64,000 nucleotides of DNA from a bacterium (GCA_035295165.1 DATGJN010000093.1:95-64094), one strand, 5' to 3'; shown: positions 9,421 through 19,798, counted from the stretch's first letter. Notes: generated by a model from the sequence alone, not told the origin. Numbers and translations are program-made.

Positions 9421-10848
9421 ATGAGGGAAGGACCGCTGACGGCCGGACAGCCACCGACCCTGCGCGTGCGTCTCTCCGTGGCCGTCGCGCTCGGGAAGGC
9501 GACGGCGATGCTCAGCCGCGCGCTGCGCCGCGGCGGCGGAACCACGATGCCGGGGCGCGTCGCCCGCGCGGTCGAACCGGCGGTTGTCGGGCTGCTGTCC
9601 GCGCGGCTTCCGCTCGGCAGCGTCGTGATCGCCGGGACGAACGGCAAGACCACCACCGCGCATCTGCTCGCGCACATCATGCGCTCGCTCGGGCACCGGC
9701 CCGTGCACAACCGCGCCGGCGCGAACCTCGCGGCCGGGATCGCCTCCGCCCTCGTGGAGAACGCGGACCTGCTCGGTCGGCTCCGCGGCGACCTGGGCAT
9801 CTTCGAGGTCGACGAAGCCACCGTGCCCCGCGTCGTCCCCGCGCTCGGCCCCCGCGTCGCGGTGTTCCTCAACCTGTTTCGAGACCAGCTCGATCGCTAC
9901 GGCGAGATCGACTACATCGCCGGGTTGTGGCGATCGGCCGGTGCCGCGCTGTCGCCCGACCTCGCGGCCGTGGCCAATGCCGACGATCCGCTGGTCTTCG
10001 AGGCGGTGCGCGAGCTGCCGGGGACGCTCGTGACGTTCGGCATCGAGGACGACCGGTACGCGCGCCCGGCGCTCGAGCACACCGCGGAGGCGCGCTACTG
10101 CTATCGATGCGGGACCGCGTACGCGTACGAGGTCACCTACTTCGGGCACATGGGCCGGTGGCGGTGCGTCACCTGCGGGGTGGCGCGGCCGTCGCCGGAT
10201 CTCGCGGCGCGCGACCTAGTGCTGTCGGGACCCGACGGCAGCGAGTTCACGATCGACGCGGGCGCCGCCGGGACGGCACGCGTGCGCACGGTCCTCCCCG
10301 GGCTGTACAATGTGTACAATGTCCTCGCCGCGGTGGCGGCGGCCGGTCGCCTCGGGGCCTCGCTCGGCGCGGCGGCGTCGGCGGTCGGCTCGGTCGCGCC
10401 CGCGTTCGGCCGGGCCGAGCGAGTGTCGGTGGACGGGCGTGAGGTGCGCCTGCTGCTCGTCAAGAACCCCGCGGGGTTCAACGAGGTGCTGCGGGTGGTG
10501 CTCGCCGCGGGGCCGCCGGCCGTCCTCCTGATCGCGATCAACGACCGGACGGCCGACGGGCGGGACGTGTCGTGGCTGTGGGACGTGGATGTCGAGATGC
10601 TGGCCGGGCGCGTCGGTCACGTGGTCGTGACGGGGATTCGCGCCGAGGACATGGCGCTCCGGCTGCAATACGCGGGTATCCCGCCCGAGGCAATCGAGGT
10701 CGAGCACGCGTACGACCGCGCGCTTCGGCGCGCCCTGGATCGCGCGGCGCCCGGGGGACTCTTCGTGCTGCCGACGTATACTGCGATGCTCGCGCTCCGC
10801 GGCGTGCTCCAACAATGGGGCGCGGTGAGGGGGTTCTGGGAGACGTGA
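9421..10848 (+). CDS. murT: lipid II isoglutaminyl synthase ligase subunit MurT (Mur-ligase domain + Cys4 zinc ribbon + DUF1727)
   Basis: GTNGKTTT P-loop, FRDQLDRYGE block, CYRCG...CVTCG zinc ribbon and a C-terminal DUF1727-like region. The ATG at 9421 is frame-checked. It is followed, with a 4-nt overlap, by gatD. Confidence 0.85.
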   Translation: MREGPLTAGQPPTLRVRLSVAVALGKATAMLSRALRRGGGTTMPGRVARAVEPAVVGLLSARLPLGSVVIAGTNGKTTTAHLLAHIMRSLGHRPVHNRAGANLAAGIASALVENADLLGRLRGDLGIFEVDEATVPRVVPALGPRVAVFLNLFRDQLDRYGEIDYIAGLWRSAGAALSPDLAAVANADDPLVFEAVRELPGTLVTFGIEDDRYARPALEHTAEARYCYRCGTAYAYEVTYFGHMGRWRCVTCGVARPSPDLAARDLVLSGPDGSEFTIDAGAAGTARVRTVLPGLYNVYNVLAAVAAAGRLGASLGAAASAVGSVAPAFGRAERVSVDGREVRLLLVKNPAGFNEVLRVVLAAGPPAVLLIAINDRTADGRDVSWLWDVDVEMLAGRVGHVVVTGIRAEDMALRLQYAGIPPEAIEVEHAYDRALRRALDRAAPGGLFVLPTYTAMLALRGVLQQWGAVRGFWET

Positions 10849-11597
10849 CGCCCACGTTGCGCATCTGTCACCTCTATCCGGATCTCTTGAATCTCTACGG
10901 CGACCGCGGCAACGTCATCGTGCTGGTCAATCGCGCGCGGTGGCGTGGCATCGAAGTCGCGGTCACGGAAGCGACACTCGGGACGCCGATCACCGCCAAC
11001 GATGCGGATCTCTACTTCATCGGCGGCGGCGAGGACCGCCAGCAACGCGTCGCGGTCGCGGACCTACTCCAGCGCAAGCGCGGGCCGCTGGCGGACGCCG
11101 CGGCGGCCGGGGCGGTGGTGCTGGCCGTGTGCGGCGGGTACCAGCTCGTGGGACGGTTCTACCGCCCCGCGGAAGGGGAAGATCTGCCGGGAATCGGGCT
11201 CCTGGATCTGTGGACGGAACACGCCGGGCCGGGCACCCCCAGGCTCATCGGGAACCTCGTCATCCAGCCCGAGGGCGGCGAGCCGCCGATGGTCGGGTTC
11301 GAGAACCACGGCGGGCGCACGTACCTCGGCCCCGGCGCGAAGCCGCTCGGTCGGGTCGTTTCAGGGTTCGGCAACAACGGCCGCGACGGGTGGGAGGGGG
11401 CCGTCGCCGGTCACGTCTACGGCACCTACCTCCACGGCCCGCTGCTTCCGAAGAACCCCGTCTTCGCGGATCGGCTGCTTCGGGAAGCACTGGGGCGGCG
11501 GTATCCGGGCCTGGAACTCGCTCCGCTCCCCGACGCGCTCGAAGCGCGTGCGCGGGAAGCGGTGCTTGCCCGCGCCGGCAGGTCGGTGCCGGCGTGA
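10845..11597 (+). CDS. gatD: lipid II isoglutaminyl synthase glutaminase subunit GatD (CobB/CobQ-type GATase)
   Basis: GTG start overlapping the murT stop (GTGA). Strong similarity to the S. aureus GatD pattern (LYGDRGN, CGGYQ, GFENHGGRTY, GTYLHGPLLPKN). Confidence 0.85.
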   Translation: MTPTLRICHLYPDLLNLYGDRGNVIVLVNRARWRGIEVAVTEATLGTPITANDADLYFIGGGEDRQQRVAVADLLQRKRGPLADAAAAGAVVLAVCGGYQLVGRFYRPAEGEDLPGIGLLDLWTEHAGPGTPRLIGNLVIQPEGGEPPMVGFENHGGRTYLGPGAKPLGRVVSGFGNNGRDGWEGAVAGHVYGTYLHGPLLPKNPVFADRLLREALGRRYPGLELAPLPDALEARAREAVLARAGRSVPA

Positions 11598-11712
11598 GGA
11601 CGCGCGTATTGGTCGTCCGTCGAGGAGAGGTGAACACGGCCTCGGGCGGGGCGGCGGGTAGGCTCGCGTATCCCGCCGGCTACGGCGGCAGTTCGAACGT
11701 TGGAGGGGACGC

Positions 11713-12042
11713 ATGAGCACGGCATCGCCGGCTCAGCACGGCAGCATCGCGGCCGCGATCGGTTGGATGTTGCTTATCTCGATCCTGCTGTTTTGGCTGC
11801 CGGTGGTCGGCCCGCTCATCGCGGGGATCGTGGGCGGACGGAAAGCCGGCGGCGTCGGTGCCGCGATCTTGGCCGTGATCCTGCCGGCGCTCTGCCTCGG
11901 GGCCGCCCTGCTCGTCTTCGGGACGACCCTGACCGGCATCCCGTTGCTGGGAATGCTCGCGGGTCTCGGCACGACCGTGCTCGTGCTGCTCCACGCGGGA
12001 CCGCTGCTGCTCGGGGCGATCATCGGCGGCCTGACCGTCTAG
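11713..12042 (+). CDS. small integral membrane protein (2-3 TM helices), unknown function
   Basis: 109-aa hydrophobic ORF, Gly/Leu/Ala-rich. Confidence 0.45.
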   Translation: MSTASPAQHGSIAAAIGWMLLISILLFWLPVVGPLIAGIVGGRKAGGVGAAILAVILPALCLGAALLVFGTTLTGIPLLGMLAGLGTTVLVLLHAGPLLLGAIIGGLTV

Positions 12043-12123
12043 CACAGCCTCTGAGGCGGTGTCTCCCCATCGGGCGCGGACGTACGCTGTTCCTGACGAG
12101 GGGGCCCTCCACGGAGCCGCTCG

Positions 12124-13023
12124 TCAACCCGGGAGCCCGAGCGGCAGCAGCGCGAGCGCCATCAGCACGCCGACCTGCTGATGCAACATCGCGGTGCCTC
12201 GGAGCGCGCCTCTCGTGAGCGTCCTCGGGTCCGTGTCCTCGCGGACGACCTTCCACGTGCGCACGGCAAGCGGCAAGGTGACGAGGGCGACGAGGGAGAG
12301 CGGCGGGAGATGCCGCAGAACCACCCCCGCCACCAAAGCCAGATACGCCCCCGCGAGGAGCGCGCCATATTCGACGCGTGTGCCGCCCGGACCGATCACC
12401 GTCGCGAGGGTGCGCTTGCCCCGAGCCCGATCCTCCCCGAGGTCGCGCAAATTGTTCACGACGAGGATCGCCGTCACGAGGGCGCTGATCGGGATGGATG
12501 CCCACAGAGCGGCCGGCGAGAGGGTGCGCACCTGGACGTAGTACGTGCCGAGCACGATCACGGGACCCATGAAGACGAATACTACGGCGTCGCCGAGCCC
12601 CATGTACCCGAGCGGCAGCGGGCCGCCGGTGTACGCGTAGCCGGCCAGGATGCTCAAGATGCCTACCGCCAGGATCGGCCACCCCGCGACGGCGACCAGC
12701 CAGAGCCCGAGGATGCTCCCTACGCCGAGTAGGATCAGCCCGCCGACGCGCACCGCGGCGGGCGACAGGAGTCCCCGCTGAATCACGCCGCTGGGCCCGA
12801 CCGACTCGGGTGTGTCCACACCGCGCACGTGGTCGTAGTAGTCGTTGATGACATTCGTGCCCGCGTGGATCGTGACGGAGGCGACGAGCGTCACCAGGAA
12901 CAGCAGCGGCGAAAACCGGCCCGCGCGCACGGCGACCGCCGAACCGACGAGGACGGGCGTGACCGACGCCGTGAACGAGTACGGGCGCATGGCCAGCCAC
13001 CACGTGCCGAGCGCGGCGTTCAT
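12124..13023 (-). CDS. UbiA-family prenyltransferase, MenA-like (1,4-dihydroxy-2-naphthoate polyprenyltransferase)
   Basis: Start taken at the internal ATG 13023 (MNAALGTWW...). It has the NDYYD...D motif and about 8 TM helices. Confidence 0.75.
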   Translation of the reverse strand: MNAALGTWWLAMRPYSFTASVTPVLVGSAVAVRAGRFSPLLFLVTLVASVTIHAGTNVINDYYDHVRGVDTPESVGPSGVIQRGLLSPAAVRVGGLILLGVGSILGLWLVAVAGWPILAVGILSILAGYAYTGGPLPLGYMGLGDAVVFVFMGPVIVLGTYYVQVRTLSPAALWASIPISALVTAILVVNNLRDLGEDRARGKRTLATVIGPGGTRVEYGALLAGAYLALVAGVVLRHLPPLSLVALVTLPLAVRTWKVVREDTDPRTLTRGALRGTAMLHQQVGVLMALALLPLGLPG

Positions 13024-13147
13024 CTTGATCCGGGAGTATCGCTGGGGCAGCGGGCCGTCGGTCTGCGGTAGGGATGCCCGGTGACGCCCGGGAACCTGCC
13101 CATCACACATCTGATCACGACCACGAGGATAGGATAGGGAGGATACG

Positions 13148-13870
13148 ATGTCAACCGCCGTCCGTCTGACATTCGTGACCGCCGAGGGCCGCTTCGCGGG
13201 AGACGTACCGGCCGCGGGCGTGTTTCACGAGGCGCTCGAGCACCTGCTCCCGGAGGCGCTGCGCGTGGGGCGGCGCGTCACCATTCGCACGCCGGCCGGC
13301 GATGCGGTCTATCCGGACATGTTCGTCGGCGAAACCGTGGCACACTTTGGGACCGGAGAGTTCGCGGTGCGCTCGGAGCCGCTGCGTGGCGGGGCGAGGC
13401 CGTGGCGGACGCTGGGCGTGGACCACTTGGCGCTGGCCGTGCACGACAGGCAGGACGCCCGACGGCTGCTCGAGGATGGCCTGGGCATGCAGGTCGTGCG
13501 GGACGATCCGCACCAGACCGTCCTGACCACGGGGTTAACGGCTGTGTTTTTGTTCGACGCGACGCCGGGCCCGCTGAATCCGGGACTCCCGTCCCGCGTA
13601 CACCATCTCGGATTCGTCGTCGACGACCTAGACGCCGCGTGGCAGCATGTGCGTGCGCGAGGGTACGCGTCCGACTACATGGTGCTCGAGCGTGACGAGC
13701 GATGGTCATTGTACTTCTTCTATGAGAACGGGGACGCCCGGTTCATGATTCAGCTCTCGGAGATCAAGGCAGAACAGCGCGGCTTCGACCATCCGACACG
13801 GTTTACGGACCGCATGTTCGACTACAGTCGGCACCGGTACGGTGTGCGATTCGACGATCGGCAGGGCTAG
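13148..13870 (+). CDS. VOC (glyoxalase/bleomycin-resistance fold) family protein with an N-terminal domain of unknown function
   Basis: 240 aa. The C-terminal half has a glyoxalase-like beta-alpha-beta-beta-beta arrangement (HLALAVHD...HHLGFVVDD). Confidence 0.55.
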   Translation: MSTAVRLTFVTAEGRFAGDVPAAGVFHEALEHLLPEALRVGRRVTIRTPAGDAVYPDMFVGETVAHFGTGEFAVRSEPLRGGARPWRTLGVDHLALAVHDRQDARRLLEDGLGMQVVRDDPHQTVLTTGLTAVFLFDATPGPLNPGLPSRVHHLGFVVDDLDAAWQHVRARGYASDYMVLERDERWSLYFFYENGDARFMIQLSEIKAEQRGFDHPTRFTDRMFDYSRHRYGVRFDDRQG

Positions 13871-14005
13871 CGCAGACGCACCCGCCCAGGCGGCCGCGTT
13901 GCGAACGGCCGGGATTGGGATAGTATACTAATGGGGGACTTTCGGCTCGCGGCCATGGTGCGGAGCATGCGTCCACCCCAAACCGGCAAGGTGTCAGGAG
14001 TCACG

Positions 14006-14746
14006 ATGATGACGCGCTACCCGATGGCCGTGCTCGTGATCGCGTGCCTGCTCGCGGCGGGCACCGGGGCGTACGGTGCTGCGGCGACGCCCGCGGGCGC
14101 AGACACGCTCCAGCCCATCTTCGGCCGGCTGCTCGGTGATCCGTCGGTCATTCGCCTGAGCGCCGTGCCCGATCCGCAGGCGGGCGACTACTCACGGATC
14201 AATATTTACGCAGAGCACGCCGCGATTCAGGGCCTGCGCATCGATCAGCTGTGGATCCGTCTACTCGATGCGAGTTTCGACGCCGGCCAGCTTCGACAGG
14301 GCGCGCTCAAGGTCCTCAACGTTCGCGACAGCGCGGTCTATGGACGGGTGGCCACGGCGAGCGTCGAAGACTTCCTGAACCACGAGAACACGGTCAAGGA
14401 CGCGAAGTTGAGCACCGACGGGGATACGACGGCCGTGGAAGGGACCGTCGTCTACCAGGGCCTCCCCACGCACGTGCAGATGCAAGGCGTGTTCCAGGTC
14501 TACGGCCAGCCCGAGATATTCTTTCACATCCAGACGCTCGTCGTTGACAGGATTCCCATGCCCCAGCAGCTCGCCGACCAGTTCGAACGTCAGATCAACC
14601 CCGTGGTGGACTTCCGCGGGTGGCCGGTGGCGTTTCCTCTCCGCGCCTTCCACCAAACAGGCACCGCGTTCGTGCTGAGCAGCCAGGCCGATCTCTCGCA
14701 GCCGTGCGATGCCTGCGGCGGCGCCCCCGTACAGTTGAAGCCCTAG
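14006..14746 (+). CDS. secreted hypothetical protein (signal peptide; DUF2993/LmeA-like?)
   Basis: ATG at 14006 preceded by AGGAG. N-terminal signal peptide MMTRYPMAVLVIACLLAAG. No catalytic motif recognised. Confidence 0.5.
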   Translation: MMTRYPMAVLVIACLLAAGTGAYGAAATPAGADTLQPIFGRLLGDPSVIRLSAVPDPQAGDYSRINIYAEHAAIQGLRIDQLWIRLLDASFDAGQLRQGALKVLNVRDSAVYGRVATASVEDFLNHENTVKDAKLSTDGDTTAVEGTVVYQGLPTHVQMQGVFQVYGQPEIFFHIQTLVVDRIPMPQQLADQFERQINPVVDFRGWPVAFPLRAFHQTGTAFVLSSQADLSQPCDACGGAPVQLKP

Positions 14747-14947
14747 CGGACCGCGTCCACCGAGACGTCGGTTTCTTCGGATCCGACCCCGTTCCCGTGA
14801 GCCGCGGTCCCGCGGCAGTATTGGCTCGTGCCGCGGCACGGTATCGCGCCGCCTAACCGTCTACGGGGAGGGGGTTTGTGGCATATTCTAGATATTCACG
14901 CTTCACAAACTCCAGTTCCTGGGTTCAGAGCAGGGCGGAGGCGGGGC

Positions 14948-17900
14948 ATGACCGGGCGTCTGATTGCCATACGGTCGGCGCGGGGCCGCGAGATCGCCCC
15001 GCTCGTGGTCGTGTTCCTAGTGTACGTTGTCGCCGCCAAGCTCGCGCTGAGGCTTGCGATCGTCAACCCGAGTGCGACGCCGGTGTGGCCGCCGACCGGG
15101 ATTGCCATCGCATCGCTCCTCCTGTTGGGCGTGCGCGTCTGGCCCGCCGTCTTCGCGGGGGCGTTTCTGGTCAATGTGACGACCGCTGGGACGGTGTGGA
15201 CGTCGCTCGGCATCGCCTCCGGCAACGCCTTGGAGGCCGCCCTCGCGGCGCGGCTCATCACGGTGTACGCCGGTGGCGTCAACGCGTTCGAGCGTCCCCG
15301 GCACATCTTCGCGTTCGCGGCGCTGGCGGCCGCCGTGAGCCCCGCGGTCAGCGCGTCCGTCGGGTCGACCAGTCTCGCGCTTGGCGGTTTCGCACCGTGG
15401 GCCGACTATCCACGCGTGTGGCTGACGTGGTATCTTGGCGACGCGACCGGGGCGTTGATCGTGGCTCCGTTGCTCATCCTGTGGGGGCTCGACCGCTCCG
15501 TGCGGTGGAGCCGCGACGAGGCGCGCGAGCGAGTTGCGTTCACCCTCCTGCTCGTGGCCGCCGGCTGGATGGTGTTCGGCGGCGTGTTCTCGCTGGAGTT
15601 CCTCACGGTGCCGTTCTTCGTCTGGGCGGCGTTCCGGTTCGGCTGTCGCGACACTGCGACCGTCATCGCCGCACTCTCGGCGATGGCGGTCTGGGGCGCG
15701 ATTCGGGGCGCGGGGCCGTTCGCTGGCGCCACGCCCAACGAATCGCTGCTGTTGGTGCAGGCGTTCATGGCCGTCATGGCGATCGTCGCGCTCCCGCTGG
15801 CCTCGGTCGTGTCGGAGCGGCAGCGGCTGTACACGCTCGTGGAGCGCGAGGCCATGCGGGCCGGCCGCCTTCGCGACGTCACGCTCGAGACGCTCAACGC
15901 CATCGTCTCCTCGGCCATGTCCTCCAGTGACCTCCCCACGCTCCTGGAGTCGACCGTCGATCTGGCGCTGAAAGCACTGGGGTGCGAACGGGGGGGGATC
16001 TGGGCCGGAGGCGTCGAGGTGTTCCGTGGCGTGCCCAGGGAGGTCGGGGAATCGATGTTGCACGCCGCCCAGTCCTCCGGGCGCGAACTGCGCGCCCCGG
16101 TGGCGGTACAGGATTGGCAAGACCGCCCAGCCCCGGGCGCCGACGACTTGGTCCCCGTCATGACCCGGTTCGACACTCGCGCGTCCCTCACGGCGCCGAT
16201 CCAGACGAACGGCCGGTGCATCGGCGGCGTGGCGGTGCTTTCCGCGAGCCCTCGGATGTGGTTGTCCGACGAAGCGATGCTGGTCGAGGCGATCGGGAAG
16301 CAAATCGGCGAAGTGGTGGAGCGGTTGCAACTGGTCCAGACCACGCAGCAGCGCACCGCCGAGCTGGAGGCGTTCTACGATTTGAGCCGGGAGTTGCGGA
16401 AGGCCCGGAGCGTGGAACAGATGTATCCGATGATCGTGGGGCACGCACTCGGGCTGTTGGCGGCCGACCACGGCGCGCTGGTGTTGGTCGGCCCGGATCG
16501 CAAGACCCTCGTCCACGCGCACACTGCGGGGATGGAGGCACAGGAGCCGGGGTCCGCGTTCCCCGCGGAGGGGACGCGGTCGGAGATGGTGTTGAAGACG
16601 GGTGTGGCGTTTGTCACAGAGGACTTCAGCACCGAGGCGCCGCCCCGATTTTTCCGGCGCGACGCCTACCGCCAGTTCGGGCCGCTCGTGATCGTCCCGG
16701 TGCGCTCGGAGGAGGAGAATATTGGGACGCTCCGGCTGGGGCGTCGGAAGCGCCCGGGCGCCCGCCCGTTTGCAGATGCCGAGGTGCGGCTGCTCGAGGG
16801 GATCGCTGAAGTCGCGGGGACGGCCATCCACCGCGCGCGCCTGCACCAGGATCTCGAACAGTCCTACATCGAGATGGTGCTGGCGCTGGCCCGAGCCGCC
16901 GATGCACGTGACAACTACACCGGCGATCACAGCGAACGGATCGCGACCCGGGCCGTGGCGCTGGCGCGGGCGCTCGGGCGCACGCAGGCCGAGGTCCAGG
17001 ACATCCACTGGGGCGCGCTCCTGCACGATATCGGCAAGCTCGGGGTGCCCGACAGCATCCTGCGGAAGCCGGGTCCGCTGAGCGAGGCGGAGTGGCAGGT
17101 CATGCGCCAGCACCCGGTCATCGGTGCGGAGATCCTCCGGCCCGTCGATCGCATGCGCAACGTGGCGATCCTCGTTCGCCACCATCAGGAACGCTGGGAC
17201 GGCACCGGGTATCCCGACGGGCTCCGCGGCGAAGGCATTCCGCTCGGCGCTCGCATCCTGGCCGCGGTCGATGCGTACAGCGCGATCACCGACGACCGCG
17301 CCTACGACCGGGGGCGGACCTCGGACGCCGCGGTGGCGGAGCTCCTGCGGTGCGCCGGCACGCAGTTCGATCCGCGGGTGGTCGAAGTGTTCTGCGGGAT
17401 GGTGTTGGGTGGAGACGATCAGGCGAACCTGCCCGCGCGACCGGCGCTCGCGCGTGGAGGGTCGGCCATCCGGCACCCCGCCATGGAGATCGCGCGCTCC
17501 CTGTCGTACGCGCAACAGGTGGGACGGGCGGTTCCCGCCATGACCGATCTCGCACGGCGTCTCCTGCGCCCGCTTGATCTCGCGGCCGTCCTCGACGAGA
17601 TCCTCGGCCAGATTCATGAGGTGTTTGGATATCCCATCTGCGCCGTGCTCTTCATCGACGAGCGGACGCAGGAACTGCACGTCAAGGCCCAGCGCGGCTA
17701 CGATCCCGGCGTGGTGAAGGACCTGCGCCTTCGCGTCGGCAAGCAGGGAATCGCCGGGTGGGTCGCCGACCACCGGCGCCCGCACTATGCGCCCGACGTC
17801 GCGAAGGATCCCCTGTATGTGGCGGGAGCGCCCGACGCCCGATCCAACGTCGCGTATCCGCTCATCGTCGACGATCGGGTCATCGGGGTGCTGGACGTGG

Positions 17901-18496
17901 AAAGCCCGGCCGTCGATGCGTTCCCGAAGGACGTCCGCGACCTGCTCGAGGCCTTTGCCGTGTTGGCCGGGCTGGCCATCCTTCGCGCGGAACGAGACGA
18001 GGAACTGAACCACCTCGCCTTGACCGACGGGCTCACCGGACTGGCCAATCGTCGGGCGCTGTGGGACGCCCTGGAGCGCGAGACCGCGCGGGCGACGCGC
18101 GCCGGCTGCGCGGTCTCCGTGGTGCACGTCGAAGTCGACAAGTTCAAGCAGATCAACGACAGCCTGGGCCATCTGCAGGGCGATGCGATCCTGCGATCGG
18201 TGGCGGACGTGCTCAAACGGAACAGTCGCGCCGCGGACCTCGTGGCGCGCGTCGGCGGGGACGAGTTCGTGCTCCTCCTGGCCGACACGCCAAAGGCCGC
18301 GGCCGCGCAGATTGCCGAGCGCGTGCGGCACCACGTGGAGAAGATTCTCGTGCTCGGAAACCCGCCGCTCACCGTCAGCGTGGGCCTGGCGAGTCTGCCT
18401 GAGGACGGCGGCAACGCGGAGGCGCTCATGGACGCGGCCGACCGGGCCATGTACCGGGCCAAGCACGCCGGGGGCAACGGCGTCCAGGTCGCCTGA
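14948..18496 (+). CDS. multidomain c-di-GMP signalling protein: MASE1 membrane sensor - GAF - GAF - HD-GYP phosphodiesterase - GAF - GGDEF diguanylate cyclase
   Basis: Hydrophobic MASE1-like N-terminus. HD motif (LLHDIGK) plus HHQERWDGTGYP (HD-GYP signature). C-terminal RVGGDEF with an intact GGDEF. 1182 aa from the ATG at 14948. Confidence 0.85.
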   Translation: MTGRLIAIRSARGREIAPLVVVFLVYVVAAKLALRLAIVNPSATPVWPPTGIAIASLLLLGVRVWPAVFAGAFLVNVTTAGTVWTSLGIASGNALEAALAARLITVYAGGVNAFERPRHIFAFAALAAAVSPAVSASVGSTSLALGGFAPWADYPRVWLTWYLGDATGALIVAPLLILWGLDRSVRWSRDEARERVAFTLLLVAAGWMVFGGVFSLEFLTVPFFVWAAFRFGCRDTATVIAALSAMAVWGAIRGAGPFAGATPNESLLLVQAFMAVMAIVALPLASVVSERQRLYTLVEREAMRAGRLRDVTLETLNAIVSSAMSSSDLPTLLESTVDLALKALGCERGGIWAGGVEVFRGVPREVGESMLHAAQSSGRELRAPVAVQDWQDRPAPGADDLVPVMTRFDTRASLTAPIQTNGRCIGGVAVLSASPRMWLSDEAMLVEAIGKQIGEVVERLQLVQTTQQRTAELEAFYDLSRELRKARSVEQMYPMIVGHALGLLAADHGALVLVGPDRKTLVHAHTAGMEAQEPGSAFPAEGTRSEMVLKTGVAFVTEDFSTEAPPRFFRRDAYRQFGPLVIVPVRSEEENIGTLRLGRRKRPGARPFADAEVRLLEGIAEVAGTAIHRARLHQDLEQSYIEMVLALARAADARDNYTGDHSERIATRAVALARALGRTQAEVQDIHWGALLHDIGKLGVPDSILRKPGPLSEAEWQVMRQHPVIGAEILRPVDRMRNVAILVRHHQERWDGTGYPDGLRGEGIPLGARILAAVDAYSAITDDRAYDRGRTSDAAVAELLRCAGTQFDPRVVEVFCGMVLGGDDQANLPARPALARGGSAIRHPAMEIARSLSYAQQVGRAVPAMTDLARRLLRPLDLAAVLDEILGQIHEVFGYPICAVLFIDERTQELHVKAQRGYDPGVVKDLRLRVGKQGIAGWVADHRRPHYAPDVAKDPLYVAGAPDARSNVAYPLIVDDRVIGVLDVESPAVDAFPKDVRDLLEAFAVLAGLAILRAERDEELNHLALTDGLTGLANRRALWDALERETARATRAGCAVSVVHVEVDKFKQINDSLGHLQGDAILRSVADVLKRNSRAADLVARVGGDEFVLLLADTPKAAAAQIAERVRHHVEKILVLGNPPLTVSVGLASLPEDGGNAEALMDAADRAMYRAKHAGGNGVQVA

Positions 18497-18531
18497 ATCC
18501 CACTTCGCCCGCGCGGGGTTGCGTCGCTACC

Positions 18532-19317
18532 TCATGCCCCGCCGAGCGTGAGGATCAGATCGGTCCCCAAGGCGATGAAGAATCCCGCCGCGAGGCCGGA
18601 CGCCGCCCACACGGGCGCCGAGAGACGCCGGCTCACCGCGAACATCTCGCCGATGATATAGATCAGCGCGCCCGCGGCGAGGCCGAGGAACAGCACGAAC
18701 GCCGGCAGCACCGTCACCTCGTACCCCACGAGTGTTCCGACGAACGTGGGCCCGCCTCCAATCAACCCGAGGAGTCCCAAGAATCGCCACGGCGCGCGCT
18801 CGGCGGATACCGACAGCGGGGCGGCCACGGCGAAGCCTTCGGTAATGTTGTGCAGCCCGAACCCGATGATGAGAATGGTCGCGAACCCGATCGCGTTCGT
18901 GGCGGCGGCCTGGCCGATCGCGAGCCCCTCCGAGAAGTTGTGCAGACCGAGGCCGGTCGCGATCATCAGCGCCATCTGCCCCGGCAGCCGGTCGTTCGGT
19001 GCGCGCCCGCGGGTGTTTCTGGCGTCGAAGACGACCAGACCCACGAGTCCCACCACCACACCGAGCACCAGCATGCCGGCGAGGATCGCGAACGTCCCCC
19101 AGTGCCCGGTCTTGGCGCCGGTCTTCATCGCGTCCACGACCGGTTCGAGCGCCTTCGACAGGATGTCCCAAATGAGAAACAGCAGAACTCCGAGCGCGAG
19201 CGCGGTGAGCAGGCACTGCAGTTGCGTCGTCTTCTGCTTGAGACGCGCAACAGGCAACCCCAGGTAGATGGTGAACCCAGCCAAGGCCCCGAGCACAACC
19301 GTTTGAGCGAAACTCAC
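18532..19317 (-). CDS. ZIP family metal (zinc) transporter, ZupT/GufA-like
   Basis: 261 aa, about 8 TM helices, with the conserved HNFSEGLAIG and HNITEGFAV metal-binding motifs. Confidence 0.85.
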   Translation of the reverse strand: MSFAQTVVLGALAGFTIYLGLPVARLKQKTTQLQCLLTALALGVLLFLIWDILSKALEPVVDAMKTGAKTGHWGTFAILAGMLVLGVVVGLVGLVVFDARNTRGRAPNDRLPGQMALMIATGLGLHNFSEGLAIGQAAATNAIGFATILIIGFGLHNITEGFAVAAPLSVSAERAPWRFLGLLGLIGGGPTFVGTLVGYEVTVLPAFVLFLGLAAGALIYIIGEMFAVSRRLSAPVWAASGLAAGFFIALGTDLILTLGGA

Positions 19318-19386
19318 CTGTGCCTCCTCACTGCTCCGCTGCGTTCCACCCCGACGCGGGCACGGTCTTGGTATTAGGATAACCGA

Positions 19387-19405
19387 ATGATTCTAGAGTA
19401 AATCA
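19387..19405. promoter_or_regulatory. imperfect inverted repeat TGATTCTAGAGTAAATCA in the AT-rich divergent promoter region; candidate metalloregulator (Zur-like) operator
   Basis: Read directly. It is located about 70 bp upstream of the ZIP transporter start in an unusually AT-rich (about 50% GC) intergenic region. Confidence 0.2.
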
Positions 19406-19589
19406 CTCAAGAATATCCTGTCAAGAACTGAACATGTGCGGCGCTCGAAAGTCGTAGGGACGCAGGGCGATTTCGGTCTACTCGGTTACGACGCACCTCC
19501 TTGATAGGCGCAAGATCCTCCACACAATAGTCCGGAATCTCTCACTTTGAACGCAGTGTGTCGCGCCGTTGCTCCTGAAGACGACGGGG

Positions 19590-19766
19590 ATGAAACGGTT
19601 GTGGCTCTTGCTGCTCTTTCTCGCGGCGCTCCTTGTCGGAAGCGCGCTACCGCCATCCGCGCTGTACCCGAAAGCGGCGCGGTATTACGGGCCGACGTGG
19701 ATCGAGAACTGCCGGTTGTGGGTAACGTCGGCCAACGGGCTTTCGCGCTGTCTCAGATCCGAATGA
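19590..19766 (+). CDS. small secreted peptide (58 aa; signal peptide + ~38-aa mature part with two Cys)
   Basis: ATG at 19590. N-terminal MKRLWLLLLFLAALLVGSA is a textbook signal peptide. The mature part is YPKAARYYGPTWIENCRLWVTSANGLSRCLRSE. RBS weak. Confidence 0.3.
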   Translation: MKRLWLLLLFLAALLVGSALPPSALYPKAARYYGPTWIENCRLWVTSANGLSRCLRSE

Positions 19767-19798
19767 TCTTGCGCTTGCCAAAAGGGGAGGAGACCAAG

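Noticed and set aside
14828-14947. Upstream extension of the GGDEF/HD-GYP protein ORF to 14828
   Set aside because: The extra 40 codons are R/G/P-rich. The internal ATG at 14948 precedes the first MASE1 transmembrane segment and has a GGAGGCGGGG purine-rich stretch upstream.
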